DNA of 62,898 nucleotides, counting the filler, from Craspedostauros australis (taxonomy: Eukaryota): the NCBI GenBank assembly GCA_030167865.1. It is 5 parts of 5 records of this genome, joined end to end, with 100 filler letters (N's around TTAATTAATTAA, not from the genome) between each part and the next. Parts side by side here need not be neighbours in the genome. Positions count along the whole stretch, not along the records: positions 26,858 to 58,653 come from JALAGF010006065.1; 4 more parts are not named here. One strand, 5' to 3'. How positions within the stretch are numbered: position 1 is the first letter of the stretch; every line of letters starts with the position of its first letter. The translations under genes were made by a program, and so were the position numbers. This document shows, piece by piece, positions 33,460 to 45,016 of the stretch. Below the pieces are notes generated by a model. That model did no database searches. It saw only the letters and a list, made by a program, of their open reading frames with translations, and was not told the origin of the DNA.

Positions 33460-36150
33460 TCAAGGAGCGGAGGCCTCCTCGCCAGCAACAGCAGTGACGG
33501 CACGTCTCAAGATCTCAAGCGACAGCGGAGAGCCTCGTTCGCGAGCCAGCGCCCTTGCGAGAACGATGGAATTCTTGATTTGCCGGCCATTGAGCTTGTA
33601 TCCGTTGGCAAGGCCGGTGTAATCGGACTCCGTAAAGTTCACGCGGTACTTGGACGCCTTGCGAGGGTTCTTGGCGATCTTTGCCACGACTTCTCCTGTG
33701 GTTGGATCGATGGGTTGCGCGGGCACCAATTCCACAAGGTTCTTCCACACCTTGGTGCGCCCTGCTTCGTCGAGGGGAGGGTATCCCAGCATGACAGTGA
33801 TACGCGATGCAATCGCTGCATCGATGCTGCCAGCCGCACGGTTGGAGCTCAAAAAGAGACACCCGGTGTAGTACTCCAAAAGTCGGAGCATGACGCACAC
33901 GAGGGCGTTGCGTTGAATCTCGCTGCTGCTGCGTGCTTCCAGGAAGATGTCAGCCTCGTCGATCAGCACCAGCGCATCCCATGTCTGGCACAGCTCCAGG
34001 ACGGAGCCGAGGTTCTTTTCCACTTCGGCTGCCGTGATACCGAGATCGCCCGCCGTTACGATGTATAGCGGCTTCTTCAGAAGCTCTGCAATAGCCTCCG
34101 CGGTGAGGGTCTTTCCACAACCCGGTGGTCCGTGGAGGAGGAAGATGGAGGCGCCGCCCTTGTTGGCCACGACGTCAATGCCAACGTCATCGTCATCGTC
34201 GCTGTCCTCATCGTCATCATAGTCAGCACCGTCCCCGCCGAATGCACTCTCAAAGCTGCCTGCATTGTTTCCGGCGTTTCTGGCAACGGCGCGGATGAGT
34301 TCCTTCTTGTCTTCTGCCAGCACCAGCTGGTCGAAGGCTTGCTCCTGGAAGCTGATGTACCCGCAGTTGCCGCAGCTGCCTTCTCCGCCAAGCGCGCCGA
34401 CCTCAACGCCCATGCGGACGATGGAACGCCTGCGCGGGCTGTTTCTTCCCGATGGCGACGTCACCGGGCTGGACATCACAGCAGGCAATGGCGCGGTAGC
34501 TGTTGTCTTGGGCATGCCCAAAAGCAGCTTGCCCCACACACGGGCTGTGAATGAAAATCCAGTCAGCATCGGCCACGATTGCCACAGCTGCGGTCGGTCC
34601 GAATCGCCTGCCTCGCCGTTTGCCAGCAGCGCCTTCTTGCTCTTCTTGGTGTTGGATTCAAAGCCTGGAAGGATGCAGGTGCGGAACGGCACCGCCACGC
34701 CAGTTCTCTTGGACTGCTCGAAGAGCTTGATGGCCTCCTTGACGGTGTCGGACATGCCATCGGAAGTGCCTCGGACGGGCATGTGCCCCTCCAAAATACC
34801 ACGCTTGACATCCACCATAACGCGGCCACCCTTCGACAAGGGACGCACGGCGTTGTTGCTCCATCCGCCTCCGATGATGGGGAAGAAGGATTGCGGGTAG
34901 TACTCAAGGTAGTGATTGTGCGTGGACACGGATGCGTAGAACTCCCCGCGTTGCTGCAAGCGTCGCAGCAGCGCCACGTCTTCGGGGTTGGTCTCCATGA
35001 GTTTGCGGTGGCTAAGATCCTTGAGCGGGACGTTCCGGGTGGGATCGTGGAATTCAGGATACACGTCGGACGCGGCCACGAAGACCAGCTCGTCGCCAAC
35101 GGACACGATGAACTCCACCACGAGGACGAAGCGGCGTTTCATTTTGTTCGTGGCCTTGTTGAGCTCCTCGACGTACCACGACTGCACGCAGGAGCAACCC
35201 AGCGGACTGCCCTCCATGCCATCCGGGTAGCAGAGCAGCTTGGATCCGGGACAGAACAGTTCTCCGAGACCTGGGTAGAAGCTGACGCTCTGGGTATTCT
35301 CAATCTCATCGCGCGCCTTCTGCAATTCAGGCACGCGCTTCTCCAACTCTGCGAGGAAGTCTTCCAGCTGGTCCACCTGCACCTGCGGGATGCGGTACGG
35401 GTTCTTGTTGTCCTTGTCAGGCTTGACCTTGCCGGATGTGACGTCCTGCACGCTCTGCTCGACCTGACCCGTGCGCTCCAAGATGAGCTCCGACACCTTC
35501 TGGTACACGCCGCAGTTGGATAGCAGCTCCATGAACCGCGCCTTGCCCAGCTCGTCTTCTTCCATCTTGCCGATCTTCGGCGACGTGGCTGGCGCATCGT
35601 CGCCATCCTGCCACAGCGGCAAGCTTCCTGGCGGCGCGGATGTCGGATGGAATCGGCTCCACAGCAGGTTGTTGAGCTGGTGACACTCGCGTGCCAAACA
35701 TCGCAGCACCCCCAGCTTGAGAACGCAACGACGCAGCTCGACGGGTTCTTTCTTCGCCAGCGTGTAGTCCGTCATGCGGTACACACACGGCGCCAACGGC
35801 ACGAGGATATCCGTTGCCGCGTTGCCTGACGCATCCTCGGTGAACTTGGGATTGGCCAGTTCCTTCGTCGTGAAATCGAACACGAACGTTTGCTTGGCGT
35901 CATCAAATGCAAAGCGATGTCCTTGCGGGATCTCAATCGAAGGTTCCGCAGCAGCGGCGGCCTTCTTCGGAGCGGCGACCTTTGGCTTTGGCAGCTTCAA
36001 TCCGCCAGCAGCTCTAGATTGAAGCTGGGCAAAGAGGGCGCCAGGAGGCTTGGGGAGCTTGCTGCCGCCGCTCGCGGACGCGGCATCACCATCATCTCCG
36101 TCCTGTTGTCTGGACTGGATTTGAGCGAACAGATCGCCTGGTCCTGGCAT
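33460..36150 (-). CDS. AAA+ ATPase of the fungal-type single-AAA family with a long N-terminal extension
   Basis: Walker A LLHGPPGCGKTLTAE, Walker B LVLIDEAD, RNALVCVMLRLLEYYTGCLFLSSNR, IDAAIASRI and lid LNGRQIKN, plus upstream GRVMVD and GFSFTARVWG. Start set at MPGPGD (36150). Confidence 0.92.
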   Translation of the reverse strand: MPGPGDLFAQIQSRQQDGDDGDAASASGGSKLPKPPGALFAQLQSRAAGGLKLPKPKVAAPKKAAAAAEPSIEIPQGHRFAFDDAKQTFVFDFTTKELANPKFTEDASGNAATDILVPLAPCVYRMTDYTLAKKEPVELRRCVLKLGVLRCLARECHQLNNLLWSRFHPTSAPPGSLPLWQDGDDAPATSPKIGKMEEDELGKARFMELLSNCGVYQKVSELILERTGQVEQSVQDVTSGKVKPDKDNKNPYRIPQVQVDQLEDFLAELEKRVPELQKARDEIENTQSVSFYPGLGELFCPGSKLLCYPDGMEGSPLGCSCVQSWYVEELNKATNKMKRRFVLVVEFIVSVGDELVFVAASDVYPEFHDPTRNVPLKDLSHRKLMETNPEDVALLRRLQQRGEFYASVSTHNHYLEYYPQSFFPIIGGGWSNNAVRPLSKGGRVMVDVKRGILEGHMPVRGTSDGMSDTVKEAIKLFEQSKRTGVAVPFRTCILPGFESNTKKSKKALLANGEAGDSDRPQLWQSWPMLTGFSFTARVWGKLLLGMPKTTATAPLPAVMSSPVTSPSGRNSPRRRSIVRMGVEVGALGGEGSCGNCGYISFQEQAFDQLVLAEDKKELIRAVARNAGNNAGSFESAFGGDGADYDDDEDSDDDDDVGIDVVANKGGASIFLLHGPPGCGKTLTAEAIAELLKKPLYIVTAGDLGITAAEVEKNLGSVLELCQTWDALVLIDEADIFLEARSSSEIQRNALVCVMLRLLEYYTGCLFLSSNRAAGSIDAAIASRITVMLGYPPLDEAGRTKVWKNLVELVPAQPIDPTTGEVVAKIAKNPRKASKYRVNFTESDYTGLANGYKLNGRQIKNSIVLARALARERGSPLSLEILRRAVTAVAGEEASAP

Positions 36151-36749
36151 GATTGCGGCAGTTGGCTGGCCTTGACTTGGCTTGACTTGACTTGGCTTGG
36201 CTTCGTTGGAATGAGAGAGGGCGGAATGCCAGAGTGCACTTCGATCTGATCTCAATCCGTTTTGTGGGTGGGTTCAAACAGCAGAGTTGTGCTGCCGTCG
36301 TGTGCAACATGAAGGGTAGAGCACCGACGATGCTCTTGAAGTTCTCGCGGGTACTCCTTCTCGTCGCAAGAGAGCGATGGAAGCGTCGGTTGGCTGCCTC
36401 TCTGTGGTTGCTGGAGTGATTGCGATGAACGCAACGGGTCATTTCCGTTCTTGGCCTTTCTGATCTTTCTTGCTCTCTCTTTCGGCGAAAAGTATCTTTC
36501 AGTTGATTCGTCTGACCACACCCAAACAACCCTGCAAAATACTATTGTAACAAGCATAGACCAAAATGCTGATTCGCACAGTCGTGGATCCTGGAATCAT
36601 GCGACGTGTATGAACATGCGAAATTTCTAATTTATCATTAAATTGCATCACTCCCGTAACCCCACAATATGAAGATCAGAATTGGCCGATCTCATTCCAC
36701 TTGGGAGGCATCGCCACAATCCCTGCATTCATGTCGTTCGAATAATGCG

Positions 36750-37028
36750 TCAATTGGAAATGATCCCCCGTTTCGTCATTTCCTTCTTGGCCTCCTTGAC
36801 ATGTTGTTCCAGCTCTGTAGCCGCCTCAGGTACATCCTTGAAGGAGAGCAGCCCGATGAGCACGCAGGTTGCCGCGTAGATGCCCAACGCCAGGATGGCC
36901 CAGATGGGCGCGTACACGATGACCACATCGTAGATGACCGACTCGTCTTGCGGAGTCTTGCTCATCAGTCCCATCCAGATGCTGAGGAAGGTGATGCCGT
37001 AGCTGAGGAATATCTGATATCGCAACAT
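36750..37028 (-). CDS. DPM3: Dolichol-phosphate mannosyltransferase subunit 3
   Basis: 92 aa with two TM helices and the DPM3-type C-terminus SFKDVPEAATELEQHVKEAKKEMTKRG. Confidence 0.92.
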   Translation of the reverse strand: MLRYQIFLSYGITFLSIWMGLMSKTPQDESVIYDVVIVYAPIWAILALGIYAATCVLIGLLSFKDVPEAATELEQHVKEAKKEMTKRGIISN

Positions 37029-37525
37029 GGCAGGTGGGTGGGTACGTGGTTGCCAGCTCGTGAGTTTGCTTGGAGTGCTGTGATTGTGGTTGTGCGGAGA
37101 TCTGTTTCGTTTTCTTGTGTGTTGTTGCGTGTCGGTTCGCGGAGCGTTTGTTGCTGACTTGCTCCAAGTTCGACGTAAATATCAAGACCAACATTTCCGT
37201 ATGTTGTTTTCGAAAGTTGAATTTTGCCAAGACCTCGGCGAAGGACAGACGACAAAGACAAGGTTGGTTGTCGCGGATTTGATGCCTTTCGCACAGCGCC
37301 GCTTGTCGCCTCCACCACCTCCATCATCATCACTATCCACAGCCCCATCATCAGCACGGTGCTCATCATCTCTTGGACAACATCTCGCGGAGCATTCCGC
37401 ATCCAAGTTGCGCTGTCTGCATCAAACAGAATCGACCAGAAGTGAAAGTGTTGAGAAGAACGTCCAGCCGTTGGGAATTTCACCTGCGTTTTCATCTGCG
37501 TCAACCCACCACCACTTCGAGCACC
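37029..37525. promoter_or_regulatory. Probable bidirectional promoter between DPM3 and mitochondrial uS5
   Basis: About 500 bp between two divergently oriented housekeeping start codons; inferred from arrangement only. Confidence 0.5.
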
Positions 37526-38927
37526 ATGATGATGTCCACATTGAGATCCGCGGCTCTGCGCAGAGTGGATGCATCCACAGCCCTCAAGTTCGTTGCCTCC
37601 ACTCACGTACCAACCGCAATGTCCGCACGAGGATTCAGCAGCAACAACAACAACAGCAAGAAGCACACGTTCAAGCCGCGCCGCCCCGCATCGAAGAAAT
37701 ACCGTCCCATCCATGCCAAACCGAAAAAGACCAAAGGCCCCAAGCATCCGCACGACATCAGCAAGAACGTGCCGAACATCGACATGTCCAACCTCAAGAT
37801 CACCGACATGGATCCCCACGTCGACGACGCCGAGCTCGATCAGGTCTTCGGCGGCGCCGCGGCCGATGCGATTCGGCACGCGCGCCGCGAGATGCGCGAT
37901 GGACCCATGGACCTCGAGATGCAGCTCAAGATGGCGGATTACCTCACGAGTCCCGTTGGTTCCACGGAGGATTTGGTGGGAGAACGCCGCGCCTTGGCGT
38001 TGGACGCCTGGGATCATGAGGATCGTGATGAGATCTTGAAGGAGATCAACGATATGATCGAGAAGGTGCGCGTGGAACAGCTGGAGCTGGAAGATACCGT
38101 CGTCGATCCGGCGACGTTGGCCAAGGGCGCGACGAACGATGATGAGAATAGCGTTCCGGTCAATCGGTTGGCGCATGGGGATTGGTGCGTATCAGCCATT
38201 GAGACGTCATGTCACGTCATGAGTTGTGTTGTGTTGTGTTGTGTTGATTGTAGAAGTGGCGTGAGAAGTTTGGTGGTGTCTACGGCCGTGCGATGTCAAG
38301 AGTACTATGGTGAATAAATGTATGACTGCAATCGAAGCTGATGCTCGGATCAAACAATGTCATCGTTTATTCTCACTCAGAGTTGTTCCATTTCATGCCC
38401 CCGACACGCCAATCAATCCATTCACTGGGTATAATTCCCACAGGGGCGAGATGGTGGTCCGCACCGACCGCGTCCGCAAGATGTGGAGAGGCGGTCGCAT
38501 CGAGAGCTTCCGTGCGCTCGTCATCGGTGGCAACCTCACCGGATGCGGCGGTTTCGGCGTCGGAAAATCGTTCGAACCAGAAGACGCGGTAGAGCTGGCC
38601 TGCCGTATGGCCCGCCGCAATATCTTCTTCGTCGATCGCTACCGCAACCGAGGCATCACCAGGGACTTGGTCGGACGGCAGAACAATTGCCGCGTCCAGT
38701 TGCGCAGCACCGACAACGGTCTGCGTGGCAATCCTCTTTGCTGTGAGATTCTCAAATTGATGGGCATCACCAACGTCGTCGCCAAGGCGCATGGTCCGAG
38801 GAATCATTACAATGTCGTGCGCGCGACTTTCAAGGCGCTCATGACGCACGAAAGTTTGGAGGACATCTCCATGAAGCGAGGTGTTCGTCTGGTCAACTTG
38901 CAGAAGGCGAAGCGATTGCAAGTATAG
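37526..38927 (+). CDS. MRPS5: Mitochondrial ribosomal protein S5 (uS5m); exons 37526-38184 and 38444-38927
   Basis: Arg/Ser/Ala-rich presequence MMMSTLRSAALRR. A phase-2 GTGCGT...CAG intron leads into the S5 domain DRVRKMWRGGRIESFRALVIGGNLTGCGGFGVGKS...GITNVVAKAHGPRNHYNVVRATFKAL. Confidence 0.93.
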
Positions 38928-41506
38928 TGTAATTCTTTCCCTAGGAATACCAATACAGTACACCACTTTTCTGAGTGACCATTTGGTATTCTATTCTATT
39001 CTATTGCACTTTCATTGCCCAAAGTCGCATTTTACTTTGGAGCATTCCGTCAGAGTGGGAGTCGAACAGCGCTATTGCACGCGACAGCCGGAGAACTAAT
39101 GCATGTCGATCATTTGCAAGTTGAGTGTCAACCGGATTGCCAATACCCCGACATTCAACCAAATGGTATGCACTATGACATGAGAACGTGAAGAGATGGA
39201 GAGTTGTGATATTGGTAGCAGAGCACGACAGATTGGTATGGTGAAAGATGTACACTGTTAGACAGCTTATGAGATAGGCTATCATTGCAATCTTGCCATG
39301 CCCCGAAGGATCGCTGCTGGCTGCTTGTGTGCTGCAGTAACTTCGATGCGGACATAGTAGTTTGTGAATCCATCAAGCGTGTGTTGGACCACGCATCGAT
39401 CATTTTGTGGCAGCGGAATATCACCGGTGGGGTCATCATCGTCGTCGTCAACACAGCGCACCATGAAGATAAAACGGCACGGTGTACATGGTTGGAGAGA
39501 TTGTTTGTGTTACCACCGTTTCATTTTTGCACAGTCTCATGGCCAAGGCAAGTCAGAGAGATGGAGACTTGTTGGCTTCTTGGATGATCTGAACTCATCC
39601 GACATGAGATAGTTTTCTGTGCTTCTGTTGTGGCTCTGCAAAGACAACCTGGCTGAGTCTCGGTCCAAGGACACGTCCACGAAGCTTGAGCACATGATGC
39701 TTACCATGCGATCCTATCCCTCTCTCCCGCCACATTCGCAGAGCTGTGTGTTTGAGGCAAATTACAGAGTAGACGATGAATTATCAAGGCAATTTAGGTT
39801 GGGCAAGGTGAGTTGAAGCTATGGCGCAGGCTGCAATGCAATCATGCAATGCTATGAGCAAGCATCCACGCAAACCACAACGGGTTCCATGTTCTCTCGC
39901 CCTCTCCAAATGACGCAAATGAGACATCAGAGAACTTTGAAGTAAACAACCATGGAAGAGGTCTTGAAATTGAGAATATGGTTTTCTTTCATTGTCTCGC
40001 ATTTGGGGAACGCGTGAGAGGGAATCGGTCGTGCTATTTCATGACGGGAGCATGCGGTGGGTGGTGTATTACTTACGAACAGTAGCCGTGGAATGGTACG
40101 AGCATGGGAAGCGCGTGTGCTGATCGTTCACCCGATTTCAGGCTGAAGAGATTGAAAGCGGGTTGACAGATGGACTGGACAAGTGAGCAATCGAATGGCA
40201 TTCCGCAAGTACGGACAAAGCAAATGACGATCATGCATGTTCCAGAGGCCACTCTCGTTGTTCTTGTTCTTGTTGCTGTTCTGCATCAGTCGATTCAGTT
40301 GTTTCGTCACCCTTTTAGTTCCGACAGGTAAACGGCGAATGTTATTATGGACATCATCGCAGCAAGCAACATCCAACAGGTTCGGACATGGTAATAATGT
40401 GTATCGTCTCTCTGTATCTTTGTATTGTTGAGCACAATTGCTGTATAATAGTTCTTGATGCGTACACGTACCGATTCGCCATTGCATGGCAAGGCTCGTA
40501 GATCGTCAATGCTCATGCTCATTTGATGTCCATGATGGCACGTTGCTGCCATCATCATCGGCTGCCCGATCCTCGATTACGGCTAGCCATACCATGCCGG
40601 GATCGAAGGCTTCCTTACTGTTTCTGTTGTGGTTGTCATCGAGTATGCGCCGATGGCTGTCTCATCCTTCGGACATCGTGGCTTCTGTGGTTGCAGGTAC
40701 CTTCAGGAGAGATGGTATCTGAGATTATGATCTTGGTTGACATGTGATGAGACCAGTAATGCTGTTTTGCTTGTCATGTTGTGCCGCTGCTGTGCAGAGA
40801 TCTTTTGGTGTCGTCTCTCCACCACCACCAACAGCCGCTTTGTGTGGATGTGGATCATTCCCGTGTTGATCGTGACTCGATCACACAGATGTGATTTGGT
40901 CTTGCAAACGACACGATTGATGTGCCGATTCATCCAAGAATGGTAACGTCTCACAAGATGAGAAACGGCGGACAGCCCAAGACGTGTCGGAAGCCGAATT
41001 CCCACAACTTTGACCTGACTTGACTTGCATTGGAATGTGCTGAATTGGCCAGTTGTGTGTTTCGTCGAGTGGATCGGCATCGTCACTGGAGACTCGTTGG
41101 CGGGGTGGATGCGGAGCCGCCGAAGAGTTATCTTGGACGCGGTGTTGTGCCACGCGAAGCACTCTGTGGTGGCTCGCACAAGTCCCTTGTGTCCGCTCTC
41201 GCCAAGAGGCCCAAGGAGAACCTCGCTTCCTCGTGCTCGTGTTGTGCGACTATTGCGCGATTGCACGTCATGTGGGGTCATCTGGTGGGCGATCGCGTTG
41301 TGCAGTTCCTTCCCGTGTTGCGATGGTGTGCGGATTACTTTGTTGCGAAAGTGGCCCGAGTGTTCGTATTCGAGACTACTCCGCCATGTTCTGTGGATGG
41401 AGTGCCAGTATCATCTCTAGAGTAGAGTCCTCCAACTCGATCATCATCACTGCCACGACGAAGGCGAGACGATCGACTGTATTCGGTAAGAAATGAAAGA
41501 AGCATT

Positions 41507-42673
41507 CTAATTATGACCTCCCGTCGCGACAGACACCGGCGAGTGCTGAAAGGCAGTGGGTTGGCGCCTCGATCCTTTGCTGTTTGCCCCGAAGCCCGCG
41601 GACGGCGACGAGGCATGTCCTCCCCTCCGTTGTTGCTGGTGCTTTCCATGCTTCTGGTGTTGCTGCGGATGCTGCGACATGATGGCTGCGGATGGTTCGT
41701 CGATGATATGCTGGGCGCTCATGGCATACACTTGCCACAGTCGGTCGCGAGTGTGCACGATGTCGTCCGCTCTGTATCCATGTTGCTCTGTGACAGATTC
41801 CAGGAATGAATCCTGGTACTCTTGCGATATGATGGAGTCATCGATGCCCTCCATGGCGTTGGCGATTGCCGCCACCGCGATAACCGATCGTTGCATCGGC
41901 ACGAAGGCGTAGTCGTACAGCGCCAGCTCCGCGAAGAAGATGGCGCGCTGGTACAGGATGGAGCCAAGGTCGCTTTCATTCGAGATGGGCAGCTGATCCA
42001 GCAGGCTCATGATGAAGGACTGCGGTGTGGGTGGGTGCATCCTCCATTCCAGCTTCTCCAGGATGATCCTCTCCATCTCCGAGATGTGCGAGCATTCGAA
42101 CTCACCGCGGCTGAGATCGGAGAGGCTCTTGATGGAGATCTGCTTCGAGTTGAACACCTTGGTGGCCATGTACAGGGTGGTCATGGCTGCGAGTTTGAAG
42201 GCGGTTCGATCGCACGAGCACTTGTCGATGAATCGATCGAGGTAAGACATGGCCACCGCCACGATCTCGCGACCACACTGGTAATGATCCGTCACCCTGT
42301 AGCTCCATTCGCACATCTTCTCACGGCAGATGGCATCGACCGGGTCTTCCTGATCGGCACAATGCGCCGCATCGAGCTTGTGCTCCTCCGCGAACTTGTG
42401 CGGACGACACCGACCCGGGCTGGCGCGTCGTGTGAGATAGTCTTCGCATCTGTAGGTGGATCTGTCCTGGCGCAACATGACGCGCAGCTTCTCCTGCTCA
42501 TTCTCGTGATCGATCACGTGGGACGACGCCGCGTCCGGACGCATGCAGCTTCGCTTCGTCTTCATGCGGAGGTTGAGCGTTGCGCGTGGTTGTGGCTGCG
42601 CCGGTTGCGGCTGCTGACGGTGGTGGTGCTGTGGTTGGTTGGTTGCGGATGTGGATGGGTTGTTGGAGAACAT
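41507..42673 (-). CDS. Cyclin (diatom-specific cyclin-like)
   Basis: Cyclin box CREKMCEWSYRVTDHYQCGREIVAVAMSYLDRF, FKLAAMTTLYMATKV and MERIILEKLEWRMHPPTP; C-terminal SPVSV. Confidence 0.93.
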   Translation of the reverse strand: MFSNNPSTSATNQPQHHHRQQPQPAQPQPRATLNLRMKTKRSCMRPDAASSHVIDHENEQEKLRVMLRQDRSTYRCEDYLTRRASPGRCRPHKFAEEHKLDAAHCADQEDPVDAICREKMCEWSYRVTDHYQCGREIVAVAMSYLDRFIDKCSCDRTAFKLAAMTTLYMATKVFNSKQISIKSLSDLSRGEFECSHISEMERIILEKLEWRMHPPTPQSFIMSLLDQLPISNESDLGSILYQRAIFFAELALYDYAFVPMQRSVIAVAAIANAMEGIDDSIISQEYQDSFLESVTEQHGYRADDIVHTRDRLWQVYAMSAQHIIDEPSAAIMSQHPQQHQKHGKHQQQRRGGHASSPSAGFGANSKGSRRQPTAFQHSPVSVATGGHN

Positions 42674-45016
42674 GGTGTATGGATGTGTGGATGTATTGGT
42701 GTATGGATGTATTTTGTTGTCGGTTGTGTTGGTTGTCGATTGTTGCTCTGTGATTGTGCGGATGTCGATTGTTGGTTGTGGAAGATTATGCGCACCTTGA
42801 TTGATCTGCCCAAGTGCGGATGTTCTTGTCTCTTTGCTGTGTGTTGATGAACGTTGCTGCGCGTTGATGGATGTGAGTGTGTGGATGCTTGGGATGATTT
42901 GGCGTCAATGGTTCTCTTGCGGATGCTTCTGTGTGCTTGTGATCTCTTGGTGGCGTCGCAGGCGTTCTGAGTTGAGTTGAGTTCAGTAGAGTCGAGTTGT
43001 GTTGTGTTGTGTCGGAGAGCGCGGAAGTTAAAGTCGTCAAACGGAAGGTGATCTTGTTGAGTATTGATGCTGGGTGATACGTATGATGCTGTTGATGTTG
43101 ATCCTGTCCATACCGACGTTGATGTGAGTGCTGAGAAGAGTGAGGATGAGGATGATGTGGTTGTGGTTGTGGTTGTGAATGATTACGCTTACTCGTACCT
43201 ACGAACAGAGTATGTGCATGTGTATGTTCGAATGCATGTGTTTGTTGATTCAAGAGACGGTTCGATAAGTATTGCATGTACAAACAGGGTGTATGGATGG
43301 AGCAAAGTAAGAGCTGATGGACGGAAGCTCTTTTCTGCCATGTGGTTCTGGTGGCGCTGCTGTTATTGTTACTGTTGGTGGGAGTTGTTGCAGTTGTTGC
43401 CTCTCTTGCGGGTGGCTCGCACTCTTCACGCATGTACGGTAATAGTACGCTGCCTTGTTGGCTGTCTCCACTGCCCTCCACCGCGTGCTTTTTTCTTTGT
43501 ACGCCACCTCCGTGTGGTACTCCTACCCAGGTTTTTCCTTCCCACGCCATTTCCGCTCCCTCTATCATTCAATCCCATCTTCCACGCCGACGCAGTTTGA
43601 TGGGAACGCAACGATGAAACGCGTCGGATGGAGGACTCAAAATGTGTGAATCCACATGGGCTTTTTGTATCGTGGAAGCTCTGCCTGCGCGCATCTGTTT
43701 TAGGAACACTGACAAAAAAGTTGTCGTTCCATCATGTGTCGGACGTTCCGGATGAGCAAGTCGTGGGTCCCGGGTTGTTGTCGGGATTGATTTCCACGAG
43801 TGGGAAGTCACGGCGGGTTTACTGCGACACTTGCGTCGGCACAGCGGTTGTATCTTTACCAGAATCGTGCAAAACGACACGTGTTTCGGAAGCTACTGAC
43901 ATGTGGACGACCGTAAAAAAACGGACCACCCTCCACCAAACAAGCACGTTGCGCCATGTTGCAGAAAAGGAGAGAGGACCTCCACCATGCTTCCCAGAGA
44001 GAGGTGCGCGTCCGGAGAGGCGGCTGTCCTCTCTGTCCCCTTCTCCCTTTTCTCGTTCTGTGTCTCCCTTCATTGCTCTCTTGTGTTCTCTTCTTTGACC
44101 TTCTTCAAATTCAGACAGATGCAGAGACGAATATTCTGCTGAATCCAAGAGAGGGAGATGTGAGCGTGCATCGGCAGGTGGAGTTGGCAGGTGGAGGGGC
44201 AGTGTGCTAATAGTACACTATTGCTCTGCCATGAATCGAGTATAGAGCTCCACACAAAGCGCAGAACTCCACCTCTGCAGAGATAGGTAAATCGGCGAGA
44301 AACTGATCTACTTGGTGTCATTCCGTTTGCATTTGTTGGCGACGTGGTTCCGTTTTGCGTCAGTTGGCCGGCGTATTGGAGTCGCACCACCGACCTTCTG
44401 TGGTTTGAAGGCCATGGCCATTACAAACTGCACACACAGCCGACATCGCCTCCGTGTTTTGGAGGGTGGAGTGGGACTTGCAATTCTGCTCTCGCCACAA
44501 TCGCAATCGCAGCAAGAGCAGACAAGGAGCGTATTCCATACCGAACAAGAACGCCGGGTGCAGCAACATTCCTGCATCTCTCTGTGTGGAGGAGCCAACT
44601 ACTGCTACGCACACGTCCCATACTTTGAGCAATCACTGCAGAAGGAGTTGGTTGCTCCCGAGTTCCGGTTCTATACCTGTGTTATAGTGTTGTGGTTGTT
44701 GCATACTCCCACCACCGGAATAGGAATTGGAGTGCTGCCTCTTTGGCCATGCCGCGCCACTCTGTGCTGTGTCTTGCACGTAGTCTGATCATGCACTTTC
44801 CACCTTCGCGAAGCATGGAAGAAAGACTCAGGATCTGCGCACATGTGCTCGTACGTGGGATCCATGGCGATTCCGCTTCAGGCTCCGCCAATAGCTGTTG
44901 CTATGACACAGGCGACGGAGTTAACCAGATGTTCTCAGACTCATTCTCCAGTCCGTACCACACCATCATCATGTCATTGAATGCAGTAGGTACCATGCAC
45001 GTACGGCCACTCTGTC

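Noticed and set aside
38930..41500. Many short ORFs in this and other long intergenic regions (5110-8200, 14720-17860, 42680-45010)
   Set aside because: No recognisable motifs, no consistent codon bias and no convincing splice structure.
36965..42847. Antisense ORFs 36965-38176 and 41822-42847
   Set aside because: Shadows of MRPS5 and the cyclin with typical antisense composition.
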